Part shown: positions 52,737 to 64,000 of the stretch, one piece after another
How positions within the stretch are numbered: the first letter of the stretch is position 1
Layout: every line of letters begins with the position of its first letter
Assembly: GCA_964016885.1 (NCBI GenBank)
Contig: OZ024743.1
Location: forward strand, 186,930,001-186,994,000
DNA: 64,000 nucleotides
Source of the DNA: Eledone cirrhosa
Taxonomy: Eukaryota
Direction of reading: 5' to 3'
The notes under the pieces: model-generated
Databases searched by the model: none
What the model was told of the DNA's origin: nothing
Seen by the model: only the letters and a program-made list of their open reading frames with translations
Position numbers and translations under genes: made by a program

Positions 52737-53307
52737 CAGGGCTGGATTTAGACTTTGGGGGTGCCTGGGGCACTTCATGTTTGGGAGGGGGGGGGGGGCA
52801 CCTCATGCACAAAAAAAAATTAGAATACAAATCAAACACCCAATTTTACATATCAAAGTTGGCTGGTGCAAGTAATTGGAATTAAAAAGTTATACATACA
52901 GGCATTAAATAAAAAAAATCTAACCCTTCTCATTTTATGTTCACTTTCCACACTGGCATGTGTTGAGATCAGATATATCAGAGTGACCCCATCTTGCACA
53001 TTTTCTATGGCTGGATGCTTTTCCTAACATAAGCACTTTAAAGAGTTTACTGGGTGCAGTTTTTGTGCGATACCAGTGCAACCACTTCATACAGTGACAT
53101 CAAATACTTTTTATTAGAATATCATTCTGGTTGAAAAATCGATTAATTTTGCACAGTAAGGACATTAAATACCTTTTGTTAAAAATATAGTTCTCATTGT
53201 CAAAGGGATAAAACTAAAAAGCCCAACAGAGGTCACAAATTGCTACAGCCATAGCTGGTGGGGGCTAGGACAGTTGACCCCTTTGTCCCCTATTAAATCT
53301 GGCCCTG
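52737..53307. mobile_element. hAT-family MITE with nested RTE 3'UTR fragment
   Basis: TIRs CAGGGCTGGATTTA / TAAATCTGGCCCTG; 8-bp TSD GTCCCAGG / GAACCAGG (6 of 8 match); RTE-like piece at about 52930-53090 (-). Confidence 0.75.
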
Positions 53308-53493
53308 GAACCAGGTATGATCCTACTGTGTGTTACCTGAAAGAAGTGTTTTTTACTTTAGCCATTGATTGATCACTACCTTGTGATTGGACTTTAGTAT
53401 ATATATATATATATAGTTGTAAGGCTGCAAGATAAATGCGTCCGTAGGCGGTATTCCGGTTGAGCACTCGATGCTCGCACAGAGCAGAGCATA

Positions 53494-53606
53494 ATATTAT
53501 GATGATAAGGAACAAGTATTCAGTGTTGCATGATACCATATTTAATAACATATTAAATGTGTTATTAAATATGGTATGATGCAACACTGAATCCTTGTCC
53601 CTTATC

Positions 53607-53616
<10 letters not shown>
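53494..53616. repeat. Long imperfect inverted repeat (60-bp arms, 3-nt loop)
   Basis: Arms 53494-53553 and 53557-53616 with 5 non-Watson-Crick positions. Confidence 0.95.
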
Positions 53617-53667
<51 letters not shown>

Positions 53668-53668
<1 letters not shown>

Positions 53669-55525
53669 CCCTATGGCCTACCACGACATTAATACAGAAG
53701 CCAAAGAACTTGCCGCCGACCTTAAGGTAGACAAGAAGCTACAATCTCTAGCTAAGCGGGAGGCGTTCCTCACCCTGAAAGATCACAAGGTTGACTTTAC
53801 TTCTAACCCCACATGTAGACTAATAAACCCGGCACGCACAGGTATGGGACTAGTCAGTAAGGCCATACTTAGAAACATAGTTAAGACCATTAGGACCAAG
53901 TCCAACGTGCCCCAGTGGGAGAAAAACGACCCCGTAATTAAGTCGTTTAACTCCTTAAAATCCAAAAAAGCGAAGTTCACACAGTTTGACATTGTCGATT
54001 TTTACCCGTCGATCTCAGAGACTCTGTTAAACAAAGCGTTGGACTTCGCAACCACTTACACCTCCGTCAATAGTTTAGACAAGGAAATCATCGCTCACTG
54101 CCGGAAAACCCTCCTCTTCAACGACGGAGTAGCCTGGGCAAAGAAGTCTACAACTTCAGACCTATTTGAGGTCTCCATGGGATCGTTTGACAGTGCTGAC
54201 GTATGTGACTTGGTTGGTCTATTTATTTTAGACATATTACGTGTTAGATTCCCGGACTTCCACACGGGAATATACCGCGACGTAGATTTCTTGGACATTC
54301 ATTTAGATCTTCGCACACCCACACACAGACCCTTCCATAAGCTAAACGAAAAACTCAATTACATTCACAAGGTCTCATGTCACACTCCCACTGTTTTTAG
54401 AAACTTCGTAAATAATATCAGTACTAGAATCTCAAACCCCTCCTCTAATAAGGCACCCTACTATAACACGGCTTAGCTAACAGCGGCTTCTCACAAGCTA
54501 TCACTTACCCTCCCACTATCAACAACAGCAACAAGAAAAGAAAGCGCAACAATAGACAAACTATCTGGTTCTCTCCTCCCTTCTCACTCAACGTTAAAAC
54601 CAATGTAGGCAAAACATTTCTAGCCCTCTTAGATAGACACTTTCCCATAGGTCATAAATACCGCTCCATCGTTAACCGACACAAAGTAAAACTAGGATAC
54701 TCCTACGCTAACAACATGAAGGCCCACATCACCTGCATCCCTAGGAGCAACACCCTACCAGGGTGCTCTTGCCGTAAGCCCGAAACTTGCCCCCTTCAAC
54801 AGCAATGCAACACACCAGCTGTAATTTATGAAGCTGTGGTCACTTCCAACCGACCAAACCAACCACAGGATGTCAAATCCTACGTGGGCATGGCGGAGGG
54901 CCGATTTAAGGAACGTTTCCTGAACCATCAGTCAACCTTTAGGTACCCGGACAGACGTTCATCCACGAAACTTGCGAGCCACGTATGGTCCCTCAAGGAC
55001 TCAAGTATAGACTACTCCATTCAATGGAAAGCCATCACTAAGTCCAAGCCATACGCAAGGGGAAATCCGTCGTGTTGACCGAGTATTGACGAAGGAATAA
55101 ATATTCTAAAGAGATTATGCAATAGTAATTGCCTAAACACGAGAAATGAATTTTTCACACGTTGTCCACACGTCTCGAAACACCTATTGCATAACTACAA
55201 AGCTCCGGATTGAATGAATTATTGTAACAACATCAATATTTTTTCTTATCAACTAAAAACTTTTCGGACTTTCGCAGTTATCTCCCTTACACCTCTCGCA
55301 CGCATTTTAGTATTGCTTGTGTGAAGTGACCGGTTTCTGCGTATGCGCGTTTGTACGGTTGTCCTTCCTGTTCCGTATAACCATGCCCATTTCGAGCTGA
55401 AGATCCGCTAAGGTGAAACAATTGTTCTCAGTATGGTGAACTAACTGTTGTGTAACCACTTCTACCTAACTCGTCCCATGAACTGAGTGCTCTACCACTA
55501 TGGATATTACCTTCCAGTGTTCTAC

Positions 55526-55528
<3 letters not shown>
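53668..55528 (+). mobile_element. 5'-truncated Penelope-like element (RT + C-terminal GIY-YIG), Hydra-clade-like, in (TA)n
   Basis: CRLINP, FDIVDFYPSI, MGSFDSADVCDLVG, GIYRD, DFLDI; linker CSCRKPETCPLQQQC; GIY-YIG VIY..YVG..FKERFLNH; LNTRNE..CPH; frameshift near 54472; (TA)n both sides. Confidence 0.9.
55379..55437 (+). ncRNA. Minimal type I hammerhead ribozyme motif in PLE pseudo-LTR
   Basis: GAG-CTGAAGA(55397-55403)-TCCGCTAAGGT-GAAA(55415-55418)-CAATTG-T-T-CTC; stem I GAG/CTC plus ACCAT/ATGGT; palindromic stem III. Confidence 0.7.
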
Positions 55529-55593
<65 letters not shown>

Positions 55594-55615
55594 ACGTGCA
55601 CGCGCGTGTGTGTGT
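55529..55615. repeat. (TA)n(TG)n microsatellite
   Basis: Direct observation. Confidence 0.95.
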
Positions 55616-57491
55616 ACTTATACTGATCTAAATCAAACAGGTGTTTTGCTTATGTTTCATGTCCTGTAACGTAGCAATGCAGTATACTGAGATCGTTAGA
55701 ATAAGTCCTGGTATCATATGAGCAACTAATAGCCTTGAAGGTGCTGCCTAAGTATGGCTACAATCCAGTAACTGAGAACAACATAAAAATAAATAGTTTA
55801 AGATAAGATATGATTAGAAACTTGCAATGAATTCCTAGGATTTGACACAGCAGTCATCCATAACATTTTGAGCTTGTCAGTGAAGGAGGAATGCAGAATG
55901 TCAATGCAGAATATGTCAAGAGAGTTAATAGTAGCATAGTAAAAGTTTATCTGTTGGAAACCTGCAGGAGTAAGCTTAGCAATGCATCTTGAATAAGCCT
56001 TAAGACCCTACTGCAGAACCAATAACTTCTTCAACATTTAGGCAATCATGGGCCAGTTTAGAGAAAATTAATTTGACTAGGAGAAATGAAGCAAGCCAAA
56101 GATATGATTTTTTTAGACATAGTATTCATTTACAATGAATTACTTGATGATGGAAGACTCAAGAATATATACTTGGCAATAAATGCATTTTGAAAATAAT
56201 CAAAAAATTTAGAGAAATTTAGTAATATAACAAACATTCTTGTTACTAAGCTGGTGCTAGAAAGATAAATTATAATAGAAGGATTTTTAATTGCTATAAG
56301 CTTTACAAACTGCATAAAGGTTAAATACTATGAACTTTTGAAATACCATTATGGATACTCTCTCTAATAATAAATTAATAAAAGGAATGAAGAACATAGT
56401 TGTTAATTGAATTCTATGGTAGCATGATTTTAAACCAGCTTATTTTATCTATCATAATTTTTTCTTTTCACTGGATGCAAATACAAAGAAATATTGTTAC
56501 TTATAATTAGTAAATGATGTGATGAAGGAAAAGAAAATATTTGTGAGTTTGTTTATTCTCAATGATATCCTGTTATGGTATTATAAATGTTTGACAACAA
56601 AATATTTATTTATTGACTTCATAGATTACTATTTAAAAAATGTCATAAAATTTCTGTCAAAGGTGTCTGAATTTTAGTTTCATTTCAATGTAGTAAATTA
56701 GTGGGAATGAAAATAGATTATCTTCAGCTTAACAAATGAATAGATTATAATAAATAGTTTCATATTTATTGTAATCAGCTAAACAATGCAATTTATAAAG
56801 TGACTTCCTGTTTAATGAGGTAGCTATTAGAAAATGATAGTCAATTCTCATTCGTTTATCAAACTCTATTTCTGAAGATCAATGGAGTTTATTTGTCTGC
56901 CATTATAATTATCAAAGTACCACATTGTCAGCAATATTTTACTGCATTAATAGTTTGATGTTATAATCTATTTTTGATATACTTATTTATTTACATAGGT
57001 TTGATCTAATACTATATTTATAAGCAGTGCATTTGGATTTTATTATCCAGAGTGTATCCTGGTTTTTAGAATAGGTACACTGTATTCCTGCATGACATAA
57101 GAAACATAAAAGAGGTGGCATCAGGAAGAACATCTGGCCATAAAACACCATAAAACACCGCCATGGAAACATAAGTGTAAAAATAATGATATTGAGAATG
57201 ATGATAATAGCTATATTTGCCATAATATTGATTTCTATTATAGAGACAATGCCATGTATTTAGGAACAGAGTTCAATGGATTAAATATCCCAGCACTTTG
57301 CTGGTACTTAATTTATCATCACTTATATTTTCCATAACATGGAATGAGAGAAAAACACTTTTATAATATATTCTTTTTTGTTGGCATATTAATTGTAAAG
57401 TTCCCTTCATATTTTAGTTGTGTACCTATAAGTTGTAAAATTGGGAGAGCTTGCAGAATTAAGCAAAGTAAAACAATGAGAAACTTAATAA

Positions 57492-57682
57492 TTGTTTCTA
57501 CATTAGGTACAATGCCAGCAATTTGAAGGGGAAGGGGGAACGATTAAATCAACCCCAGAGCATAACTGGTGCTTTATTTTATCAACTCTGTAAGGATGAA
57601 TGGCTAAGTGAACCTTGGTGGGATTTGAACTCAGAATGTAAAGAGCCATAACTCTATGCTGCAAAGCACGGTGTCCGGCGTT
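57492..57682 (-). mobile_element. SINE
   Basis: TTGTTTCTAC tail, GTAAGGATGAA and GGGATTTGAACTCAG motifs. Confidence 0.85.
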
Positions 57683-58924
57683 TAATGAACTCTAAATGAT
57701 CTATGTAAATCACAAGTTTCTGGGTTTACTATCTAATATTTCTATTCTAAGACATTCTTATCTTATTAACCGATGTTTCTATTTGTGTGCTTCCTTTCTA
57801 TAACAATATGTAAACAATAAACAAAATGCTCTGTGATGGCAACAGTTAGAATAAGAGAGAGAATATCTTTAGTTGGATTTTAATTATCTTGCCTCTTTCA
57901 TCATTCAAGAATTGCTCCACCAGAAAATACATAATGATAATTAACTTTAAATATATGTGTAATTAGTTAAATATGTGAAATTTGTTATCTAATATATTTA
58001 TTTTGTATTAACTCTTTTGCTAATTATATTTCAATTTCAATTTATTTAGTATAAACACTGAAACCTATAATTTATACAGGGATAGAAAGAAATTGCCTTG
58101 TTAGAAATAGTAGCCAAATCTCCCTTAAATTGCACCCAACTGTTTTAGGATAGCATGGCTTTAGATGCACTATATCTGAATAGAGGATGATATAGGCACA
58201 GCTGGAATTATTTCACTTGTGGGTCTGTCAAAGCTGATCTAGATCGAAACAATAACTAGCATGGAACTAATACAAACAGTAAAACAGTGGTAATGATGAA
58301 CGTTACAATGAGAATCTTCAAGATTATATTTTGTTTTATGTTGAGTAGTTTTATAAAGGCTTTTAAGTGATTGTTTATTTAAAAATATGAATATGAAAAT
58401 ATTGAATTATTGTCTGTAAATCCTAATAGGTTACACTTTGCCTACAAGGTGAATAAAATAATTATCAGCCATTCCATAAGATAAATTTTTTTTTTTAAAT
58501 GATCAGAAAAATGAGTGGCATCAACTCACTAGCTCTGTGAAAAATCAAAGAAAGGTAAGTGGAGTTAAAGTTGACTCTTGAGAAGGGCTCTCTAGAGAGG
58601 AAGATTTCTCTTAATGAAATATGTAATTAGCAGAGTGGTGGACTAATAGAATCATTAGTGCATCAGACCAAATACTTTGCTCTATTTATTTCTGCTCTGA
58701 GTTCAAATTATTCTGAAGCCAAATTTTTCTTTCATCCTTCTGGGGTCAATAACATAAATTACCAGTCAAGTACTAAGGTAGATTCACTTGACGTTCCTTC
58801 CCCAAAAATTGCTGGTCATGAGCGTAAATTAGGAAGCACTGTTATTAAGACTGTTGTAAGGCAAATTAAAAAAATCGAAACAAGAAAAATAAATCTAAAT
58901 ATAAATTATTTTCATAATTAGGCT

Positions 58925-59222
58925 ACAGACCCCTCGGCACGTCTGGTTTTACAATATTTGGGAATTTTAAAAATCTGGTGAAGCCCATCCCTCTCGTGCT
59001 CTGGAAACAAGTGATTTCTTCCAGAGAAGGAGTGAGTGAGTGTGAGAGGGAAACAGATATAGATGAATAATTGATCCTAGTACTGTACTGATACTTTTTA
59101 TCGACTTTAAAAGAATAAAAGACAAAGTTAGCCTCAGTAGGTTTGAACTTAGTGTACAGAGAGCTGGAACGAATAACACAAAGCATTCTATCTGACATAT
59201 CCGTACGGCTCTGCCTTTTGAC
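58925..59222 (-). mobile_element. Long-tailed SINE
   Basis: AAGCCCATCCCTCTC..GATTTCTTCCAGAGAAGG shared with 29412-29462; other copies at 23135-23345 and 51655-51845 (+). Confidence 0.7.
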
Positions 59223-59630
59223 CATGAAGGTGGTTACTTACGGCTTAATTTATATAGAAATATAAAAGAAAGTAAACTAACAAAAATATACAAGAACAAT
59301 AATGACTCATGACATTAACTCTAAATAAATGGAATCATTTTTATATTTTGAAAACAAAATCAGTCTTTTCTGTTAGTCTTTAATTTTTTCCTTTAACCAT
59401 GCTTTGAGAAAGTTTCTTTTACTCATTAAAAACTGAAGTTAATTGAATTATTGGAATATAATAGTAAATGTCACTATATTAAACTCGGAAGTAACATTTT
59501 TTACATGAAATATGTGTTTTAAAGTAACTTTTAATTTCAAAAACTATAACCAAAAACTGAACACACATTAGCAATTCACAGTTTAGCAATTCATAAAAAA
59601 ATTTTCTTTATTCTAATTTAAAAAAAAAAA

Positions 59631-59735
59631 TTGTTTCTACGTTAGGCACAAGGCCAGCAATTACTCTGTGTATTACTGGTACTTTATTTTATCGACCCCG
59701 TAAGGATGAAAGGCAAAGTTAATCTCGGCGGGATT
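59631..59735 (-). mobile_element. 5'-truncated young SINE
   Basis: 3' half of the family sequence, A-runs on both flanks. Confidence 0.85.
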
Positions 59736-60074
59736 AAAAAAAAATAATAGCATAAAACTTGTCCTTTTAAATTTTTTTATTTGAAAAGTGTCTAACGTCC
59801 TTTATTTGTTTTTCCTGCCATCACCACTGTGCAGTTGTTTTACAAGAGGGTCATTTAACTACATTGACCTTACCTCTCTCAGAGAGCTTGCTAAGTGTAT
59901 GAGCACAGCCCTGCCCACCAGACCAGAGTGAACCATACCATAAATAAAATAATTGTTTAATCAGAAATACTATCTGCAAGATGGATTATCCTTTCATGAC
60001 TATCCCATGCAGCTTGCTACATTTGGAGTTACTGCACTCTTAGTTATCTTTTTAATGTCTATACAGAACTCTCA

Positions 60075-60345
60075 ACAATAAGAGGAATCAGATTTTCTGT
60101 GCACAAGAGAAGTCTACACTGGTATGGGCATGTGAAGTAAATGTTCATTGGGTGAAGAAGTGTCAAGAAATCTCAGTAGAAGAAACTCAGAATAGCGAAA
60201 GACCAAAGAAAACCTGGAGATTATGAGAGCTGACACTAAATCACTGAATCCCATAGAGGAGATGATGAAGCAATACAGTGAGTGGAAGGATGCTGTGCTG
60301 AAAAAGACTCATACAACCCATGCAAACCTGGAAAAGTTGACATAA
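60075..60345 (+). mobile_element. Degenerate RTE 3' fragment
   Basis: QERSLHWYGHV..RPKKTW; parallels 700-975. Confidence 0.75.
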
Positions 60346-60652
60346 CATCTACTTCACCTTTACTCCATCACATACTACACCTCATCCCTCTCTATTTATC
60401 CATCCACCCACTATCTGCCACCCTCTCATTCAATCATCCCTCCCAATACCTATTCCAAAGAAATAATAAATACTAAAGCTGACAAAAATTATGATTTTCC
60501 TGCTGATTTCTTATGAATGAAACAGTTCTAATCCTGTAGAAATCATTTCGATAATAAAATGAATATACCTATATTCTACTAACGTATTGAGTACCTTTTT
60601 GATAGTTGCCACCTCGTGATTTACAACAGCATCCTACATACACATACATACA

Positions 60653-60689
<37 letters not shown>

Positions 60690-60699
60690 GTTAGGTTGC

Positions 60700-61103
60700 A
60701 CTTCAGTAACATGTAACCCAGTACAACCTGTGCATGGTCAGGATGAAAAACAAAACCTGTCAAAGGGGAACCCAGGAGAGTCAATGCCCATCCAATGAAG
60801 TATTTCTTTTTTTAGAGCGAGAAACTCCTAGTCTTCTAGGAGAAGGTCACTCTGATATTTGCATCCAATGATGTAGACCAGTTCTTCTTTTTGGGCAAAT
60901 GCATTCGATGTTCAGAGAATGGGATTGACCCCGTGCAAAGACTTTCATCACTTAACAAAGCTTCAAGAACAAGCATCGCTTGATATGTGACATATTTTGA
61001 GATGCATGGTATTGCTGTCCATAGCAGGACTAAGAAGCCATGTTCGTGATGCTCATGCTTAAGTATCAAGTGATGGCATTACTTGAATTCGAGTTGCAGC
61101 CAT

Positions 61104-61105
<2 letters not shown>
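60700..61105 (+). mobile_element. Decayed 3' end of an RTE-type LINE with C-terminal Cys/His motif
   Basis: LLSIAGLRSHVR resembles the SxxGLxSHxR C-terminus; ends GCAGCCAT then (TA)n. Confidence 0.5.
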
Positions 61106-61134
<29 letters not shown>

Positions 61135-62424
61135 CTGCATTTGCAAATAACTTACAAGTTTTCATATTTCATAACTAATCTGCCACATTGTCAAATTTAG
61201 TTTTGTTTTTAGGCCTAAATCTAAAACGTAATTGTATTTTTTCTCATTCCATTCCATTTTTATATATTTGTTATCAGTTTCCAAGTTTTTTAGTCAGTAT
61301 TATATCATATTTAAAATTAGTAGATATTGGCATATGTCTTCATTTTTTTTGCATAATTTTATATAACAGTGTTATGTAGGAAATACAATTCATGTTAGTT
61401 CTTCGTATAGCATTTGTTATGATTTATTTTGAGTGTTCTAACATCCAACCATGTCTCCAACGTTTGGATAGTCTATGCTAAAAGCAATTTGTGACACTGA
61501 ACTTGATTTATTTTTTTCTGTCAAAAGTCCTTTGCAAGAAACATATCTGTACTCTACTATGCCATCTCAAACATTTATACCAATACACTTAGAAAAATAA
61601 AGTTTATGCAGTCTATTTGTTTCTATGTGTGGTTCTGTAGAGAAATAGTTACATTTTTGGTAACAGATTTGGTTCTGGTTTTATTTGTTAAATTTTCAAT
61701 AACAAATACACATGTTACCAACATTTATGATGTTTATGCAATCATTATGCAAGCATAGATCTGTCTAATTTTTAGGAAGTGTCAAAATCAACTGCTATTT
61801 TGTGTTGTTGAATAAATTTATAAAAAAATTTATATTTCAAATTGATAAAAGTTAAATGAAGACGTATCTGTTATAATTATTGTTTGTCTTGTGTTTAATG
61901 AGATGTACTAAATATGTTTTGAACAACAAACATATATCTAGAACTGTTGAGTGATTATGAATTTTGAATGTAGGTTAGCCTAATATTACTAGCTTCAACA
62001 TACTGACCATTTTATTCTGTCTCTAGGGAGTTATATATGCAGCTTGTTAGACTATCTTTCAGTGTCAAAACCCTGTGTAAAGCAGTTAACTTTAAGCTAA
62101 CATAGATTCAAAATTCACAATTGAAGAATTACTTTCTAATGTCTTTATAGATTTCATACACAATTTATAAACCAGACAGTAACAGTAATAAGTCTATGAT
62201 AATCAAACAGTTCATTTATTTAGAATGATCATGTATTGCCTTATCAAAACAAGTAAAATAAATAAAAGTACAAGTACTTTAATACCTTGGGACATTTCTA
62301 ACCATCTCATTATACATGTGGTATCTATTTAACTCACTATGAAAAATGAATGGCAAGAATTGCTTGCTTGCTGTGGTAAATAGCTATTTCCAGATAAAAT
62401 CATCTTAATGTTTTAAACCATCAT

Positions 62425-62530
62425 ATAGGAAGGGCATCCAGCTGTAGAAATCAAGCCAGAATCAGTTCCCGTCCCACCTTTGTAAGCAGGGAAAAAGCGG
62501 ACGTAAAATGAAATGATGATGAAATGATGA
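62425..62530 (+). mobile_element. Short RTE-derived 3' end with TGAAA-type tail
   Basis: Near-identical to the reverse complement of 9385-9485. Confidence 0.8.
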
Positions 62531-63309
62531 TATATGCTAACATAAAAAAATGTAAAATTGTCCAAAGAAAATTATTTCAAGGATTAAACTGAAACTACTA
62601 GATTGTAATTGGAAACTTAAAAGTCTAAAAACATTATGTGTGGAAGAGATTAGGGAAGTATATACCATCATATTATGAATTAAAGCAATGCTATAAAATG
62701 AACTTATGTGATTGACAGAGATAGTGAATACAAAAACAAAGAAGGAAAACTATGCAGAATTTAAGAGTTGTAAAGGAGAACTTAGAACTGGCATGCTAAA
62801 AGATATTAAGTTACAAGAATTACAAATCATGGAGACTGAAAATACATTTTATCATTTGAATGACCACTAGCAGTATTTAACATTGATGAGAGAATATAAT
62901 TAGACTTATTTCAGAAAAAAAGCAAAGCTAGACTGAAATCTTAACTTGTCAGATTTGTAATATTGCCTCATTGTTTTACTTACATTCTGTTGTGGGATTG
63001 TCTATAATGAAAGATTCATTGGATTGTATATGCATTTTAAAAATGTATTTGATCTTTGTATTAGTTTTACTCACTAAACTTTCTGCACTGTCTTATGTCA
63101 TATACTTCACAATTCAATTTAATTCTCTTTTTGCATTCAAATACAAGGAAAAGTATTAAGTTGAATAAAAGAGATGGATATTTGTGCTTCAACAAAAATA
63201 TATTTTTAGATGACAGCTTTCTTTTTTAATGAAGCTACTATAAATTATTGTTTTATCTAAGGAATATAGAAATATAAGAGATTCTCGTATAATATAATCA
63301 GTTGTTGCT

Positions 63310-63541
63310 ACCAAGACACTGCATCCTTTAAAACCTCCATGCTTTCTGAAATTCGCCAACACTACACCTGATATCCCCCCTCCATACACATGTATACACA
63401 TGTATATCATGATGCATATACTGTTCACTTTCCTGACATTTGTACATTTTTCTATGTACTATGCATGCATCTTTGATGAGTTGTAGTGCAGCTGAGCACT
63501 GAACACGATAATTTCATTACTATTATTATTATTATTATTAT
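63310..63541 (+). mobile_element. 3' end of a CR1/L2-like LINE with (ATT)n tail
   Basis: Matches the reverse complement of 17581-17760. Confidence 0.65.
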
Positions 63542-63903
63542 AGAGCGGTGGATTGGCAGTATCGGTAGAGAGTCGGACACCATGCTTTGCAGCATAGTTA
63601 CGGCCCTTTACGGTCTGAGTTCAAATCCCGCCAAGGGATCGCTAAAATAAAGTACCAGTAATGTACTGGGATAATTGCTGGCCTTGTGCCCAAAGTAGAA
63701 ACAATTATTATTATTATTATAGAACCATGGCAGTATCGGTAAAGGGTCGGATGCCATGCTTTGATGCATAGAGTTACGGCCCTTGCCATTCTGAGTTCAA
63801 ATCCCGCCGAGGTTAACTTTGCCTTTCATCCTTACGGGGTCGATAAAATAAAGTACCAGTAATACACTGGGTAATTGCTGGCCTTGTGCCAAAAGTAGAA
63901 ACA
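63542..63903 (+). mobile_element. Two tandem young SINEs inserted in an (ATT)n tail
   Basis: 63542-63703 (internal deletion) and 63730-63903; the second has a 20-bp TSD ATTATTATTATAGAACCATG at 63710-63729 and 63904-63923. Confidence 0.92.
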
Positions 63904-64000
63904 ATTATTATTATAGAACCATGAAGAACCATATAGTGGTATTAAATATGGCAGTGAGCATGGACGTTTGATAACATGATTGGGAGTATCAATTTGCAGC

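Noticed and set aside
53320-53360. Second minus-strand AG|GT (TTCTTTCAG|GTAACA)
   Set aside because: Short pyrimidine tract and weak donor; expected by chance.
55076-55078. In-frame TGA in the PLE nuclease region as selenocysteine
   Set aside because: It follows a Cys rather than replacing one and is best explained as CGA>TGA; selenoprotein PLEs (Naiads) have an N-terminal nuclease, unlike this element.

Overview
AT-rich, repeat-dense animal genomic DNA. The SINE and RTE repertoire looks octopod (cephalopod)-like; this is inference from recalled repeat motifs, not a search. No host protein-coding gene can be identified, and nearly all long ORFs belong to retroelements. Main contents: (1) a nest at 9.6-17.8 kb built on (TAA)n, holding a full-length, mildly decayed Tx1/L1-group LINE (minus strand), two 5'-truncated R4/Dong-like RLE elements (plus strand) and a CR1/L2-like 3' end; (2) a 5'-truncated RTE LINE at 48.9-51.1 kb with a PHD-like finger inside its RT; (3) a Penelope-like element (RT + C-terminal GIY-YIG, Hydra-clade-like) at 53.7-55.5 kb inserted in (TA)n, with a minimal type I hammerhead ribozyme motif; (4) many tRNA-derived SINEs whose target-site duplications begin with ATTAT(T); (5) two non-autonomous Helitrons, hAT and Tc1/mariner MITEs, microsatellites and two long hairpins. 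The best non-TE signal is a minus-strand polypyrimidine-AG|GTAAGT site with a second donor 62 nt downstream (42.2 kb), the architecture of a recursive splice site, which suggests the window lies in a very long intron.
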